The notes below the pieces were generated by a model that did no database searches, was not told the origin of the DNA, and saw only the letters and a program-made list of their open reading frames with translations. A program made the position numbers and the translations under genes. Shown here in pieces: positions 38,326 through 55,286 of a DNA stretch of 64,000 nt. Source of the stretch: the human T2T-CHM13v2.0 reference genome, Homo sapiens; assembly GCF_009914755.1 (NCBI RefSeq), contig NC_060925.1. The stretch is one strand, 5' to 3'. The first letter of the stretch is position 1. The number at the start of each line of letters is the position of its first letter.

Positions 38326-39475
38326 AACGTAAAAAAGAAAAATCTATAGTAATCAACTATTCTCATCTAAATGTTGCATATGGTTAACGTAGAAAAATAA
38401 ATGACAAGTCAATCAGTAACACTGTGCATAGAAACCACCGTTAAGCACTTCATTCACCTGTTACAGAGATGCCAAATTAGCTCTTCAGTTTAGCTTATTT
38501 TAGAGTGCTAGTTATATTTGAACTTGATACCTATCCTCCAAAAAAACCAAAATATTTCCGAACATTAACTCACAGTCTTTCATGTCATCTCTGAACAGGA
38601 AAGGGGACATTTGCTGCCTTTTGCTTCAGAAAAATCAACCACCATACTGAATCATGTAATGGAAATACTTATATCTTGTTCTGAGGTTGCTGCTCAGATC
38701 TTGAGTGAAATATAATCACATGGTAAGGGGACCTGGGCCCTAAACACTTCATCCTGTCTACAGCTAAAGAATAGTACAGTATATGAGAATCCATCAGGAT
38801 CATCACTTCTTACATGTGTTCGTATTGTCAGCACAGAATACGTAGCAAGTGTTCTACAGACGTCGAAAGAACTAGCAAACCCACTGTTGTTTGTGGCGCT
38901 CTCACTTCCTGTACTATTTTATTACTCAAGATAAGCCTAAAAGAACAGACAAAACTATCACGAAAACGATTTCTTAACAGAACTATTTTAAAACAAGAGA
39001 ATCCTCAATTAAAATCATGCCATTTTCTTTCTCTGAAATCTTTAAATTACAGATGTGCTCATCTTTGTTGCCTGGATATGAGTTCTTTCAGCTGGGCAGC
39101 GGGAGACTCAAAGTAGTGACTTTTAAGGGATCCTACCAGAGGTGGGGGAGCCAATATAAATTACGTATCCTAATCTGAGACACTCTTCTGTCCTAATACC
39201 TGAAGCTTATAGCTTGTCAGGTGGCTTTTCCATGGAAAAACGAGGACATAAGAGAGAGGGCGGACCTTAAGAGTTCTACGGAGGAGCCGGTAACGGCAGC
39301 AGGCTTGTCAATCAACTGCAAGGTTGCAGCCCAAAAGAAAAAGAACTCACTTGATCGCTCATCATCGACTCCTCAGAGGCCCTCTAGGACTACCGAGAAT
39401 CTCTTGCCCTTTGGCTCTTGCCCCCGACATCTCTCCTGGCCCCCCGCCCTGCCCCAGGAGGTCTGGTCCTCTCAC

Positions 39476-39680
39476 CCGCTGCCAAATTCTCACACAGCCT
39501 CAAAGGGATCCTCAGGGCGTAAAGCAGCCCCAGCCCCGCCACGAACCACAACGAGGCCCCAGTCCCCGCCAGCCCGGCCCGCAGTCGCTCCCTCCAGCCT
39601 AGCGTCGGGTTTAGGCCAGGGACAGATGCAGGAGACGCTCCAACAGCTGCGGCTTCACCCACGCCGCCACGGTCCGCCAT
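39476..39680 (-). CDS. ST7L: ST7L coding exon 1 (MADRGGVGEAAAVGASPASVPGLNPTLGWRERLRAGLAGTGASLWFVAGLGLLYALRIPLRLCENLAA), 205 nt
   Basis: ATG in AAGATGG context; translation matches the ST7L N-terminus as I know it; G|GTGAG donor at 39475-39471. Confidence 0.97.
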
Positions 39681-40411
39681 CTTGCCGCTATCGCAGGCGC
39701 CAGGAGCTGGGAGGGGAGAAGGACAGGAAACCGGGAGTCGGGAATCCTGGGATAGTGGCGGACCTGAAGTTGGCCTCTGTGAAGGCTGAGTCCTGGGGAA
39801 CCGGGACCGAGAAGATTTCGAAGGTGGAGGAGCGTGTCTCAAGATTGGGGCTACCTGTTCTTTCGTGGGGCAGGGAAGGGGCGGACAGCAGCGCCTATTC
39901 TGGAGGAACTGGACTGAGATGTGACCCCGAAGTGTTACCGCTTCCAAACGAAATGAGGGTCACCTTTCACACCGCCCCCCCCCCGGGGTTGGAAAAGCCA
40001 CCGATCGTTCCAGCTGCCGAGCAGCTCTTAAAGCTTTGGATTCGGCTGTCGTGGAGATAACGGGCACCAGAAAAACTTGTAGGAGTAGCAACAGCTATTT
40101 GGTCGGATGGAGGCCAGAAGCCAAGAATAATCGAAACACGCTGCCAGCGCCCATTAGATGGATGGGAAATGAGTGTAACTCATTGGGAAAGATATTAGAC
40201 TTCAAATCACCTAAGGCAAACCCTACTTCCTGGGGCGCGGGCGCGGGCGCTGGCGTTAGGAGACGTCACTCCCGCGCATAACTGACATGGGGCCCTCTTG
40301 GTCGGCGTTTCCGGGCGGGTCCTTCCGACGGCCGCCGCGGTGATTCCATCACTCGGCTTTCTTCCCGGCCTGCCTCGCGCCCGTAGCCGGGCTGGGCCAG
40401 AACAGCCCAAG

Positions 40412-40450
40412 ATGGCCGACTTCGATGATCGTGTGTCGGATGAGGAGAAG
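40412..40450 (+). CDS. CAPZA1: CAPZA1 (F-actin capping protein alpha-1) coding exon 1, MADFDDRVSDEEK; exon 2 not seen in window
   Basis: AAGATGG Kozak context, recognisable CapZ alpha-1 N-terminus, AAG|GTAAGG donor. Confidence 0.96.
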
Positions 40451-41855
40451 GTAAGGGGTCCGCCTCTCTCTCTTACCTCCTCCCCCGACAGGGAACTGGG
40501 GCCCGGCCCGGCTGCGTTGGGAGCCTAGCAGTGTCCCCAGGAAAAAGAAGCTTCTTGGTCCATGCTGACATACGCTCTCCGCAGTCGGGACGCTTCCCTC
40601 TTAGGGGGCTTTCCTCTGCCTCACGGTGGCCCCAGTTCCTCGTTCCTCGACTCTCCTTTTCTCTCAGGCCTGAGGCACAGCCCAGGGGCCTCCCTGCAAG
40701 GGAACAGACGTTTCCTTTATTGGATCGTGACTGTGGACTTTTTTCTGTAATTTTGCGAGAGGGTGGTGGTTATGTTGCGACATATCAAAAAGCAGTTATT
40801 TTACCGCCTTTAGCAGTTGGGGCTCACCCCATCCCCCCATTTGTAGATATAATTGGGGTTAGTTTAGGGCGAGTCACTTCCTGGTCAGGATGGCCTCTTA
40901 ACTTCCCTTTTGCTCCTCCTTCCTCAGGAAGTGATTTTGCTGTCACGACTCTTCGACAAGGAGAGGTCCCAAATGTTGTCCATCTCACTACACATGCACT
41001 ACTTTTCTCCTGTACTGTCGCCTGTCTGATTCGCTATAATAAATCTGTGAGCCTCAGGGCATTTGCTTCAGAATTTGAACACCAGTCTTTCCCTATAGAC
41101 ACATCCCTTTTAACGATAATTTTTGAAAATTTTGTTTCTTGTTAACAAATCTAGAATAGCTGATGGATTTTCTTAACCTCCAGAAAGGTTTTCTGTAACA
41201 CATAATAAACCTTATGTTAACACGTTCAAGACTGAACAAAGCATCCTGCCTTCTTTGATGCTCCACTGTGGAGTCTTTGATCAGTTGAATTTGTCAGTGT
41301 GCATTTTGTATGCTCATTTCTTGAAAAGGGTCTTAAATACAAGAGCACATTCTAAGGTGGAATAACTTTTCTTCTGACAGTTGCACAGTTTCATAACAGT
41401 TTGTCAGGCTTTTCAGTAAGTACATGGTTTTAGGGCACGTAGAACTTAGAATGACCTCACAAGGCAACTTATTAGACAAGAATTATGACATTTGTCTCCC
41501 ACTGTGGCTATTAGAAAATGTGTCCCCTTGAGTGCTCTGTAAATCTACCTGGGTGTTTTTTTCAATAAGAAGTTGGTATGGGAAGGGGACTGTTATGATC
41601 CATAAGTCCTCTGTACGGAATAACTTGATATATGTAGATATGGCATGCCATTTTGAAATGTTTAACAAGCCATTGACAACAGCGTTAGATTTTCTCTTAT
41701 TTGGAAACTGATCTTCATACATGTTTAAGATTTAGGACAAAAACATTTATGTATAAGCCTATGCTGGAAATCGATCTATAATAAATTGTTCTAAGGCAAA
41801 TAGTTACTATTCAAATAAAATTAAGCAAAAATCCTGTTACAATACAACTAAACAA

Positions 41856-45301
<3,446 letters not shown>

Positions 45302-46340
45302 TTAACCTCTATGGGTGGGCCTCAATTTCCATCTAAAATAGAGAAGTAGGGAGGAATTGGATCAAACCAGCCCAAGAAAATTTAATTAACTATTTCAAAC
45401 TCTAATGAAAAATCTCTACTTTAAAAATTGAAACACAAAAATGTTCTGGGAGGTTCTATTCATTGTCTGCTTTCCTACATTTGCCCTGATTACAAGACTG
45501 AGTTCCTTGATAATTGAAACCATGTCTCTTTATCTAGTGCCTAGCATAGTGCCAAGCACACAGTGTATGCACAGCCTATTGGTATGAAAGAGAACACAAC
45601 TTCATTAATTCTCATATCTCTCCAGTTCACACCCCTTCATCTCCTGTAAAACACCCCTTCCCCTACAATTATTTCTGTTAGTCTCTAGGTGTTTCTTGTA
45701 TTCAAGAGTATGTCCACAGTTTGGGTGCCTCTGTGCATTCCTTCTATCTGAGCATCTGCCATCATTGGTGCTCTGCCATGCCACTGCTGGGAACATTTGA
45801 CCCCTCTGGGAGCATCTTCCTAATAGATCCCATAAACTGCAAAGCCTTATGGTTACCAAAATGATGGTGTATATATATACTTGGAGCCTTGCAAAGCCCC
45901 TAATGAAAGTATTTCCTTCACCAGCTAGAAGTACTCTCCTTTAGCGATCAGATTAAAACACACACCCAGGTGTGTGTTTTAAAGAAAAAGGACCCAAGAG
46001 GGAAAAAGTTTCCAAGGCATGAATGAATTAAGAGTGGCAAATGCTACTGAGATAGAAAGATTAGGACGGAGAAAACAGCACTCACTCTGACAGTATTCTT
46101 TCCAACTGGATTTGGTAAATAAGAGTGAAGAGGTACCTCGAGTGAGCACTGGGAGAAGTCATACTGGAAGGGATAAGCAGTGATTGACATAAGAAAGTAA
46201 AATAAATTCAGGTTCATCCAGACACCCCCATAATCTTGCCTTGACCCAGAAACATTGTGTTCACAGGACTTTCAGCTTCCCACCCCCATAAGTAAGCTTC
46301 CTAATTATGATATCTTGGTCTTGCCAAGCATTTAGAGGGC

Positions 46341-46810
46341 CTTACTCTGTGGCCCTCCAGATAGTGATTTGAATGATTAAGTAAACCTCTTTTTAGATAA
46401 GTGTTCTAGTCCAGTCTAACATCAGCTTGTTGGTCTTTTTGGCACTGTCATTGTCCAGTACCAGCACATTCTTGGCTCCTTGCCACATCTCTGGCCTCAA
46501 TGTGGGAGGCAAAGACAGTGAGCATTTCCAGAGTGGTGAGATGGGTGCAGCACATAATGAGGCGATGACCACACAGCATCTCTGAACAGCATGTCCACAC
46601 AGGGCTCGAAGTCATTATGCTGCATGTCCACCTCATGTCCACAATAGCTGAGCAGTTGAGATTGGTGGAGTGGACCTTCTCATTACTCATCATCTAGAGG
46701 AAGGTCCTCATCATCTCTACTTCTCAAAGGGGTAGAATTGAACCTGAACCTGCTTGACAGACAAGAGCCCAAGCCTAACCAAGGTGGCTGCCATGGTGAC
46801 CCTTGCCCTG
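46341..46810 (-). pseudogene. MRPL53P1: Processed pseudogene of mitochondrial ribosomal protein L53 (probably MRPL53P1)
   Basis: ATG 46794 to TGA 46448 gives [77 protein letters not shown], colinear with MRPL53; intronless, with frameshifts and stops; UTR-like tail to ~46341 judged from recalled mRNA. Confidence 0.9.
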
Positions 46811-48418
46811 AAAGCCATTTCCATTAATTTAAAAATTGTAGGTATATAGGAACTATAATAACAGGCTTAAAATTAAAATTTGCTCTGTTTGTTGGGTCAC
46901 ACGTGTAATCCCAATACTTTGGGAGGCTAAGCCGGGACGATCACTTGAGCTCAGAAGTTTGAGACTAGCCTGGGCAACATAGTGAGATCCCGGTCTCTAC
47001 CAAAAAAAAAAAAAAAATTAAAATGGTGGGACAGGGCACAAGTAAAAAGTCGCCTCCTGCCCCTGTCTTCCACCCACCCAGTTTCCCTGACAAGTAGCCA
47101 ATATTACCAATTCCTCTTGTATCTTTTCTAATTCTATGCATATACAGACACACTTTTCACTTAATAATATCTCTAACCTGTCCACATTCCATCTACCATT
47201 ATTTTCACTCAGGACCTTTTTTTATGCTTGAATTATTTTTAACAACATTTTTAATTATCTCTCTGCCTCAGGCCTCTCCTTTCTTTATACATCCTTCCTG
47301 GTTTATCATAAATTCTTCACAGCTATAACGTATTACAAAATTTTGAGCAGTGTGTAAAATTTATCTTTGGTACAACTGCACATACAGATTGTTAAAGCAG
47401 TGTCAGTGAAATGGAACATTGATCGAATTCTGTTGAGTGTAGTCATGGTATAACATACTGTTTAAACAAGAAAACAGCATAATGGCAGACTGTAGCAAAG
47501 GAAGGTGGTAAGAGAACTTTGCTTTGTGGATTCTTTGTTTTACATCTGGGTAACATTTAAGTGCTTCTTTTGTGCTAACTATGTATTAACCATGTATTTA
47601 TCTCACAACATCCTTATAGGACAGATACTTATGCCCATTTTACAGTAGAGTAAACTGAGGCACAGGCACATTTGAGGTTAAAATATATGACCCAAGTGTC
47701 CAGAACTAATAAATGGCAGAGTGGATACAATGCTGTTGTCTGCTGTCAGAGCCTATGCTCTTACCCATTTTGATTCCTTTAAGTAGATAGTAAGATAGTA
47801 AGCAGTTTTGATGAAATAATGACATAGTCCTAAACAGCAACCAAGTTAATCATGTAGTAACCTGGATGCCTTTATAGACACTGAAACATTGGTGTTCTGT
47901 GGTCCTGATTGCATTATAATTGTTGCTGAATGGCCAGGTGCGGTGGTTCACACTTGTAATCCCAGCACTTTGGGAGGCTGAGGCAGGCGGATTACTTGAA
48001 CCCAGGAGTTCAAGACCAGCCTGAGCAACATAGTGAAACCCCATCTCTAGAGAAAATACAAAAATTAGCCCAGCATAGTGGCACACGCCTGTAGTCCCAG
48101 CTACTTGGGAGAATCACTTGAACCTGAGAGTAGGAGGTTGCAGTGAGCCGAGATCATGCCATTGCACTCCAGCCTGGCCTGGCCGACAGTGCGAGACTCT
48201 GTCTCAAAAAAAAAAAAAAAAAAAAAAAAAAGAAGGGCCAGGCGTAGTGGTTCACGCCTGTAATCCCAGCACTTTGGGACTTTGGGAGGCTGAGGCAGGC
48301 GGATCACCTGAGGCTAGGAGTTTGAGACCAGCCTGACCAACATGGAGAAACCCCGTCTCTACTAAAAATACAAAATTAGCTGGGCGTGATGGCGCATGCC
48401 TGTAATCCCAGCTACTCA

Positions 48419-48523
<105 letters not shown>

Positions 48524-49319
48524 TCAAAAAAAAAAAAGTTGCTTAGTGCTCTTTGAGCTTAAGTATGCCGTGAAGAGTTCTAGTATTTATGCTGTGTTAT
48601 TAAACAGGTGTTGAAAAACATGGCTCTAGAAATTTAAAGATCACTAAAGTCCCCGTAACAAGGCCAAGGAGAAACTTTACAGTATGACAGTATCTTAGAA
48701 CATCCTTGCCTATGGCAGAATCTGTGTTTCCTTCAAAAACAGATTTCTGAGTTCCATCCTAGGTATATTGAATCAGAATTTTTTGGAACCAGTTGTCAGG
48801 AATTATTTGTAATAAGCCTCCCAATAATTATTGGAATACTTGAGAACCATTATCTTAGTGAACTTGCTGTGGTTCAAATCTTAGTCCTCTGCTTATTTAG
48901 CTCAGAAGCTTGATTGATCAGGATACTAAACCAGGTCTCTCTCGGGGATAAACTCATTTTAGCTAGGCTTATGAAACTAATGTATAAAACTGGAATAACA
49001 ATTTAATACATATAGAAGGAACTAAGTTCTTTTTTTCAGATAGGTCAGGAACATGGGAAATCAAGTTAGAATGTTTTAATGGAGCATAGAATTAGAACAA
49101 AGGAAGTTAACTAGATAGTCCAAAGTATTGATGGCATTTTGTTTCATAATAGGCATATGTACCCAACACCAAAACCAAGTCACGTCTTTGTATAACAGCA
49201 TTGGACATTTTTCCTCTAGATAGGTTCATTTGTTATCACATTACTAGCAGGGGAGTTTTGCAGGACTGGTTATGTGTCAAAATTTTGCATACTGCAGCTT
49301 CTCCTACAGTCTGCCCGCC

Positions 49320-50095
49320 CTTGGTTAATGACACTTCCATTCTTTAGTTGCTCAGGTCAAAAACATTAGTGTTATCTTTGACTACTATTTCTTTCACAAT
49401 CCACTTGTTGTCCACTGGTAAATCCTGTAGGCTCTGTCTTTAAAATAAACCCAGAATTTGACTATTTCTTACCACACCCTTATTCTAACCACTCTGGAAG
49501 AAGCCATTGTGACCTCTAGATTATTAAAATATTATTTTTTATGGTTTCCCTGCTTCTGCTGTTGCTCCTGCCCAGCAGTCTGTCCTCGATGAAGCATCCA
49601 GAGTGATCTGGTTAAAATGTAGGTCAGTACATGTCACTTTTCTGCTCAAAGCCCTCCGGTGGCTTCCCATCTTTTTCTAAGTCCCTATGTTCTGGGATGT
49701 TACCTCTTTGCCATTTATCTCTGACTTTATCTCCTACATGTTCTTCTTCTGGTCTTTGTTCCAATCACGTATTCTCGCTGAATAATCTTTGCATTTGTTC
49801 TTTTCTCTGGAGTTCTTTTCCTTCTGTATCCCTCATTTCAGATACTTAACCAGAAGTCATCTCCTTAGTGAAGCTTTCTCTGGTTATTCTGTCCAGTTGC
49901 AAATCCTAACATTTCTTGTCCCTTTTCTTTGCCTTGTTTTTTCTCCTTAGCATTTATCACTTGCCAGGTAGTATTTTACTTAATCTTCTCTGTTGTCTTT
50001 ACCCACTAGAATGTAAACTCCATGAGGACAGTATGCTAGTGAGTCACCATTGCCTAAAACATAGTGGGTCTTCTGATATTTGTTGAATGCATGAA
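49320..50095 (+). mobile_element. L2 3' fragment
   Basis: Pyrimidine-rich L2-like text ending cccactagaatgtaaactccatgagg...atatttgttgaatgcatgaa. Confidence 0.65.
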
Positions 50096-50738
50096 TCTTG
50101 CTTGGATAGCATCTGTCTTGATTTCATTGTTAACTCTCATAGGGCAGTCTGATTTCCAAGTTTTGTGAGGCCATATTGAGGACTCCAGTACTTCTGTATT
50201 ACTGATAGATTTTTATTAATGGAGCTTTGTCCTCAGAAAGCTTTAGCAAGTGGCCATTGCCAATGACATACGGAATGAAACCAGATTTGGTATTACCATC
50301 ATTACTGCTATCTGACTTACCTTAGTTCATCCTTCTCTTTTATTCTCTCCAAATCCTCTGTTCTACCAAACAAGAGAGTGTTTTCCCACTACCTTTTTTG
50401 TTCTTATTCCCTCACTCATAGTGCCCTCCCTTTCCTCCCTTCCACCCTATCTAAAGTACTTTGCAGAGCCCAGCTTCTCCTTTTCTCTGTAGTTGTCCTC
50501 CACCAACCCAGCTCAATATCCAACTCCTTACTCTTAAGTTCTGTGCCTTATGTTATCTGTACTACTGCTTTGGCAGTTTTGCTGCTTAGAATTATAGTTG
50601 TTTTTAATTTTTTTATTTTATTTTTGGGACAGGGTCTCACTCTGTCACCAAGACTGGAGTTCAGTGGTGGGATCTTGGCTTACTGCAACCTCTGCCTCCT
50701 GGGCTCAAGTGATCCTCCCACCTCAGCCTTTCTAATGA

Positions 50739-51122
<384 letters not shown>

Positions 51123-51520
51123 TGATCTTGAACTCCTGACCTCGTGATGCACCCACCTCGTCCTCCCTAAGTGCTGGGATTATAGAAGTGAGCCACTGCA
51201 CCCAGCCGGATTTTTTATTTTTTGAGACGAGACATCATTGTGTCCCATGCTGGTCTGAAACTCCTTGGCTCAAGCGGTCCTCCTGCCTTGGCCTCCCAAA
51301 GTGCTGGGATTACAGGCCTGAGCTCACTGTGCCCAGCCTGAATTAAAGTTATTTTTAAATGCTGGCACATCTTTACTGAGGGCTATTATTTGTATAAATT
51401 GTTTTGTTAACAGTGGTAAAGTATACAGAGATTGGAAAGCCAAGGTGCTTACTGTATGTTATATTCGTCTTATGTTGTTTGTATCTACCAGGATGAATTG
51501 CACTTTATATTAGCTTAAGG

Positions 51521-51693
51521 TAGTGGCTGTCAACCCTGACAGCATGTTAGAATCACCTGAGGAAGCTTTTAAACTGATGCCCAAGCCCTACCCCAGACTA
51601 GTACATCAGAATTTCTGCAGGTGGAACCCATATGTCAATATAGTTAAATCTTCCCAGGTGATTCTAATGTGTAGCCAAGGTCCAGAACCACTG
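51521..51693. mobile_element. MER5A-like hAT MITE
   Basis: agtgg.t.tcaacc...ttagaatcacctg...caggtgattctaa...agaaccactg internal palindromic layout. Confidence 0.75.
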
Positions 51694-52586
51694 ATTTAAG
51701 GCAAAAGATAATTTGTTGGCTTACCTCTTTGACAATCCTACTCTTTGTCTTTATCTTTAGTATTCACCTCAGTGCCTGAGACCAAATGAATTGTTTTGTG
51801 GTTTGTTTTGAGTGAATGAACAAATTGTTAAACACAAAGAGCTGAACTTTTTAAAAGACAACATAACTCAGAATTCAGTGATGTCTAGGTATTTGCTTAG
51901 GGAAGAAAATTAAGGATCTGCTGTATGGGAGTCTGTCTCATGTTACCTCATGGGTTCTTAAAACAGTCCTAGATATGAGTAGGTTTTATAATCACAAATG
52001 AAGAAACTAAGACCCAAGCAATTTAGCAGTAAAGCTGGCATGTGAAACTGTATCTGACTCCCAGTGATTTTGAGGAAAAAAAAAATTGGTAAAAAGATAT
52101 ACTTTAAGTTAGAATGCCGTAACATGCCAGATACATACCAGATCTTAAAGGCAAAACCGTTCTTGTTTCCCACTGCTGCTTTTTCCATCTAGCCTGGGTT
52201 CTCACCGCCGAACTTTACCCTTTCAAACTTGACATCTACATCATTGCTCGCTAACACGTGAATCTCAAGGTACCTGGTGTGGTCATTTTTCCCTAATTTA
52301 TTTTATTTATTCTTGGGCAACCTCCGGACCAGAATAGGTTCAAAGAGGCTTTTTCCTAATTTTTTAACCTTGTGGGTATTTTTTTAAGCACATTTAAGCT
52401 CCTAAACAAGTTGCTTATGGGATGTTTTCACTCATTTTAATTTTTTTTCTGTGTGTTGTAAATGTTATGCTTAAATGTGTCATTTTTAAACACTACTAAG
52501 TGGTATGAAATACAATGACTCTTAGTTAAAGTAAAAATTATTCTAATGCATGTTAAAACAGTAAAGAAGACTATTCAAAATTATTA

Positions 52587-52901
<315 letters not shown>

Positions 52902-53659
52902 TCAGGCTCAACTCCTAATACAGTAAAGACAGCTGGGTATTTACGTATAGCCAATAAGCAGAGTTGGGGAGAAAATTATTAAGAGGAGACCATGAGGGTA
53001 GGGGGATTCATGCTGAAGGCAGTTCAAAGACTTACACATCAAAAGTAGGGAATGAAGAACTTGATCAGATATCAAGGGTGGGCAGATTCTTGCTAAAACT
53101 GGGCTAGGCAGGCCAAAGACAGGGGGATGTGGGGCAGGGAGGCGGGGTGGGGTGTCAAATCCTAGTTCAAAAGAGGCCTTAGAGAGAAGCCTAAAGTTTG
53201 CCATTCCATGTGTTGTGAGATGTACATAATTGCTTTAGTAAATAGTCAAGTGTTTAAGACATACCAGAAAAGCAATTATTCCCTAGAGTTTGTAGAATGT
53301 TTTAAAGTGAAATTGCTCTACTTAAAACTAACTTGCCTGACTTCCCTACCTACTTATGTCTAATAAAACTCATAATTGGCTACTAATAGAGAAAACAATT
53401 TCTAAAGACTATTAAAATGACTTTTGAAAGAGTGAATGTGAAGCAAATTATTTGGAAATGCCAGCATCTATTTTTTATAATGTTGATTCTGATTTAAGAT
53501 ATATCTTTATGCTTTCAAGTCTTATCTCTTGCTGATAATGATAAACTATATACATCTACAATTTTATTTCTAAGTACATTCTGTGTATCTCCAGGTCTCA
53601 GCTGGGAAAATAATATTTAGTTTATTTAGAATTTTAAGAAACACAGATAACAGTAACTT

Positions 53660-54660
53660 TTATTTAGTGAAACCAGTACTGTATACATTATTACTAACTG
53701 TGGTCACCATGCAGTGCAGTAGAGCACTAGAACTTATTTTTCCAGTCTCACTGTAACTGTATACCCTCTAATTTCTATCTTTGATATCTTTCCTTTCCCC
53801 ATCCCTTCCCTGACCCCTCAGCCTCTGGTAACCACCATTCTATTCTCTGTTTCTCTGACATAGGCTTTTTTAGATTCTGCATATCTTATAGTGAGATCAT
53901 ACAGTATTCATCTTTCTGTGTCTGGCTTATTTCACTTAGCATATATCTTTCAGGTCCATCCTTGTTGTTGCAAAAGACAGAATTTCCTTCTTTTTAAAAG
54001 CTGTATAGTATTCCATTGTGTGTATATAACACATTTTCTTTATCCATTCATCTGTTGAGTTGATTGATACTTAGGTTACTTTTGTATCTTGATTATTGTG
54101 AACACTGCTGAAATGAACATGGGGGTGCAGATATCTCTCTGACATACCAATTTCAGTTCCTTTGGCTATCTATCCAGAAGTGAATTTCCGAATCATATGG
54201 TAATATTAGTATATTGCGGAATTTCCATGCTGTTAGTATTTTCCAAAATGGCTGTACTAATTTACATTCCCACCAACAGAAGGGTTCCTTTTTCTCCTTA
54301 TCCTGGCCCAAGACTTGTTATCATTTGTCTTTTTGATAATAGCCATTCTGACAGGCATGAGGTGATATCTCATTGTGGTTTTAATTTGCATTTCCCTGAT
54401 TAGAGATGTTGAGCATTTTTTCATATATCTCTTGCCCATTTGTATATCTTTGAGAAATGTCTGTTCAGACCGTTTGCCCATTTTAAAATTGGGTTATTTG
54501 TTTTCTTGCTATTGAGTTGTTTTGAGTTCCTTATATATTTTTGGTATTAGCCCTTTATCAGATGTATAGTTTGCAAATATTTCCTCCCAGTCACTTAGTT
54601 GTCTCCTCTTACTGTTAATTTTCTCCTTTGCCATACAGAAGCTTTTTAGTTTGATGCAAC
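53660..54660 (-). mobile_element. L1 (L1MA-like) 3' fragment
   Basis: ORF-track entry 54257..54481 ([32 protein letters not shown]) is the L1 ORF2 C-terminus; typical antisense 3'UTR follows. Confidence 0.88.
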
Positions 54661-55286
54661 ATCCGAAATATCTTCAAATGGGAAAAACTCCCTTAGGAAA
54701 TAGCATTGAATTCTGTGCAAGCAGAACTTACCAGGATAAGAATAACATCCTGTACATATCTCTTTCAGGAAAAATAAATGCAACTATTTATTCTTGAATA
54801 CTTTTGGAATGGGTTAGAGTGAAAATAAGTAAAATAAATATTTACGGAGGCATAGTTTACTACTATTATACTTTCTTTAAGTATACCCTATTTGGAAAAC
54901 TTTAAAAACTTTGAAATATGTGTTATTACTTCAAAGGGAAATTGGAACAGACATTTTCATAAAGCTTTTTTGGTCAGTAAAAAGTTGTGTAGTTATTGGT
55001 GGGGATTATTATTATGGCAATGATAGAGAATATAAAGTGGCTAGGACCCAAAGGATTTCTAGAACAAGAGGATTATTTTCTTTGAAGTAGTAATTTGATA
55101 GTAATTTGAAGGGTTTGCTCAGTTTATAATTTAAAGTAAGAGTTATCCTGCTGTGACCAGTTAAGATAACAGTAGCTGACATTTATTGAGCCTCTCCTGT
55201 TATATTTTAAGTATTCTGCTAAAGATTTGACCATATATTGTCTCATTTAATCTTTACAACAATTTTTTTAAATTTAATATTGGGTA

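Larger units (their letters stand above)
39440..40720. promoter_or_regulatory. CpG island / bidirectional promoter shared by ST7L and CAPZA1
   Basis: GC- and CpG-rich segment in an AT-rich background; divergent ATGs 731 bp apart; GC-box-like GGGCGG and GGGGCGGA motifs, CRE-like GACGTCA at 40262-40268, no evident TATA. Confidence 0.9.

Noticed and set aside
39221-40060. 279-aa plus-strand ORF, the longest in the track
   Set aside because: Starts at GTG, lies antisense to ST7L exon 1 in the CpG island, is Pro/Ser/Arg-rich with no recognisable family; expected GC-rich shadow ORF.
40531-41145. 204-aa ORF at the start of CAPZA1 intron 1
   Set aside because: Non-ATG start, no recognisable homology, CpG-island shore sequence.
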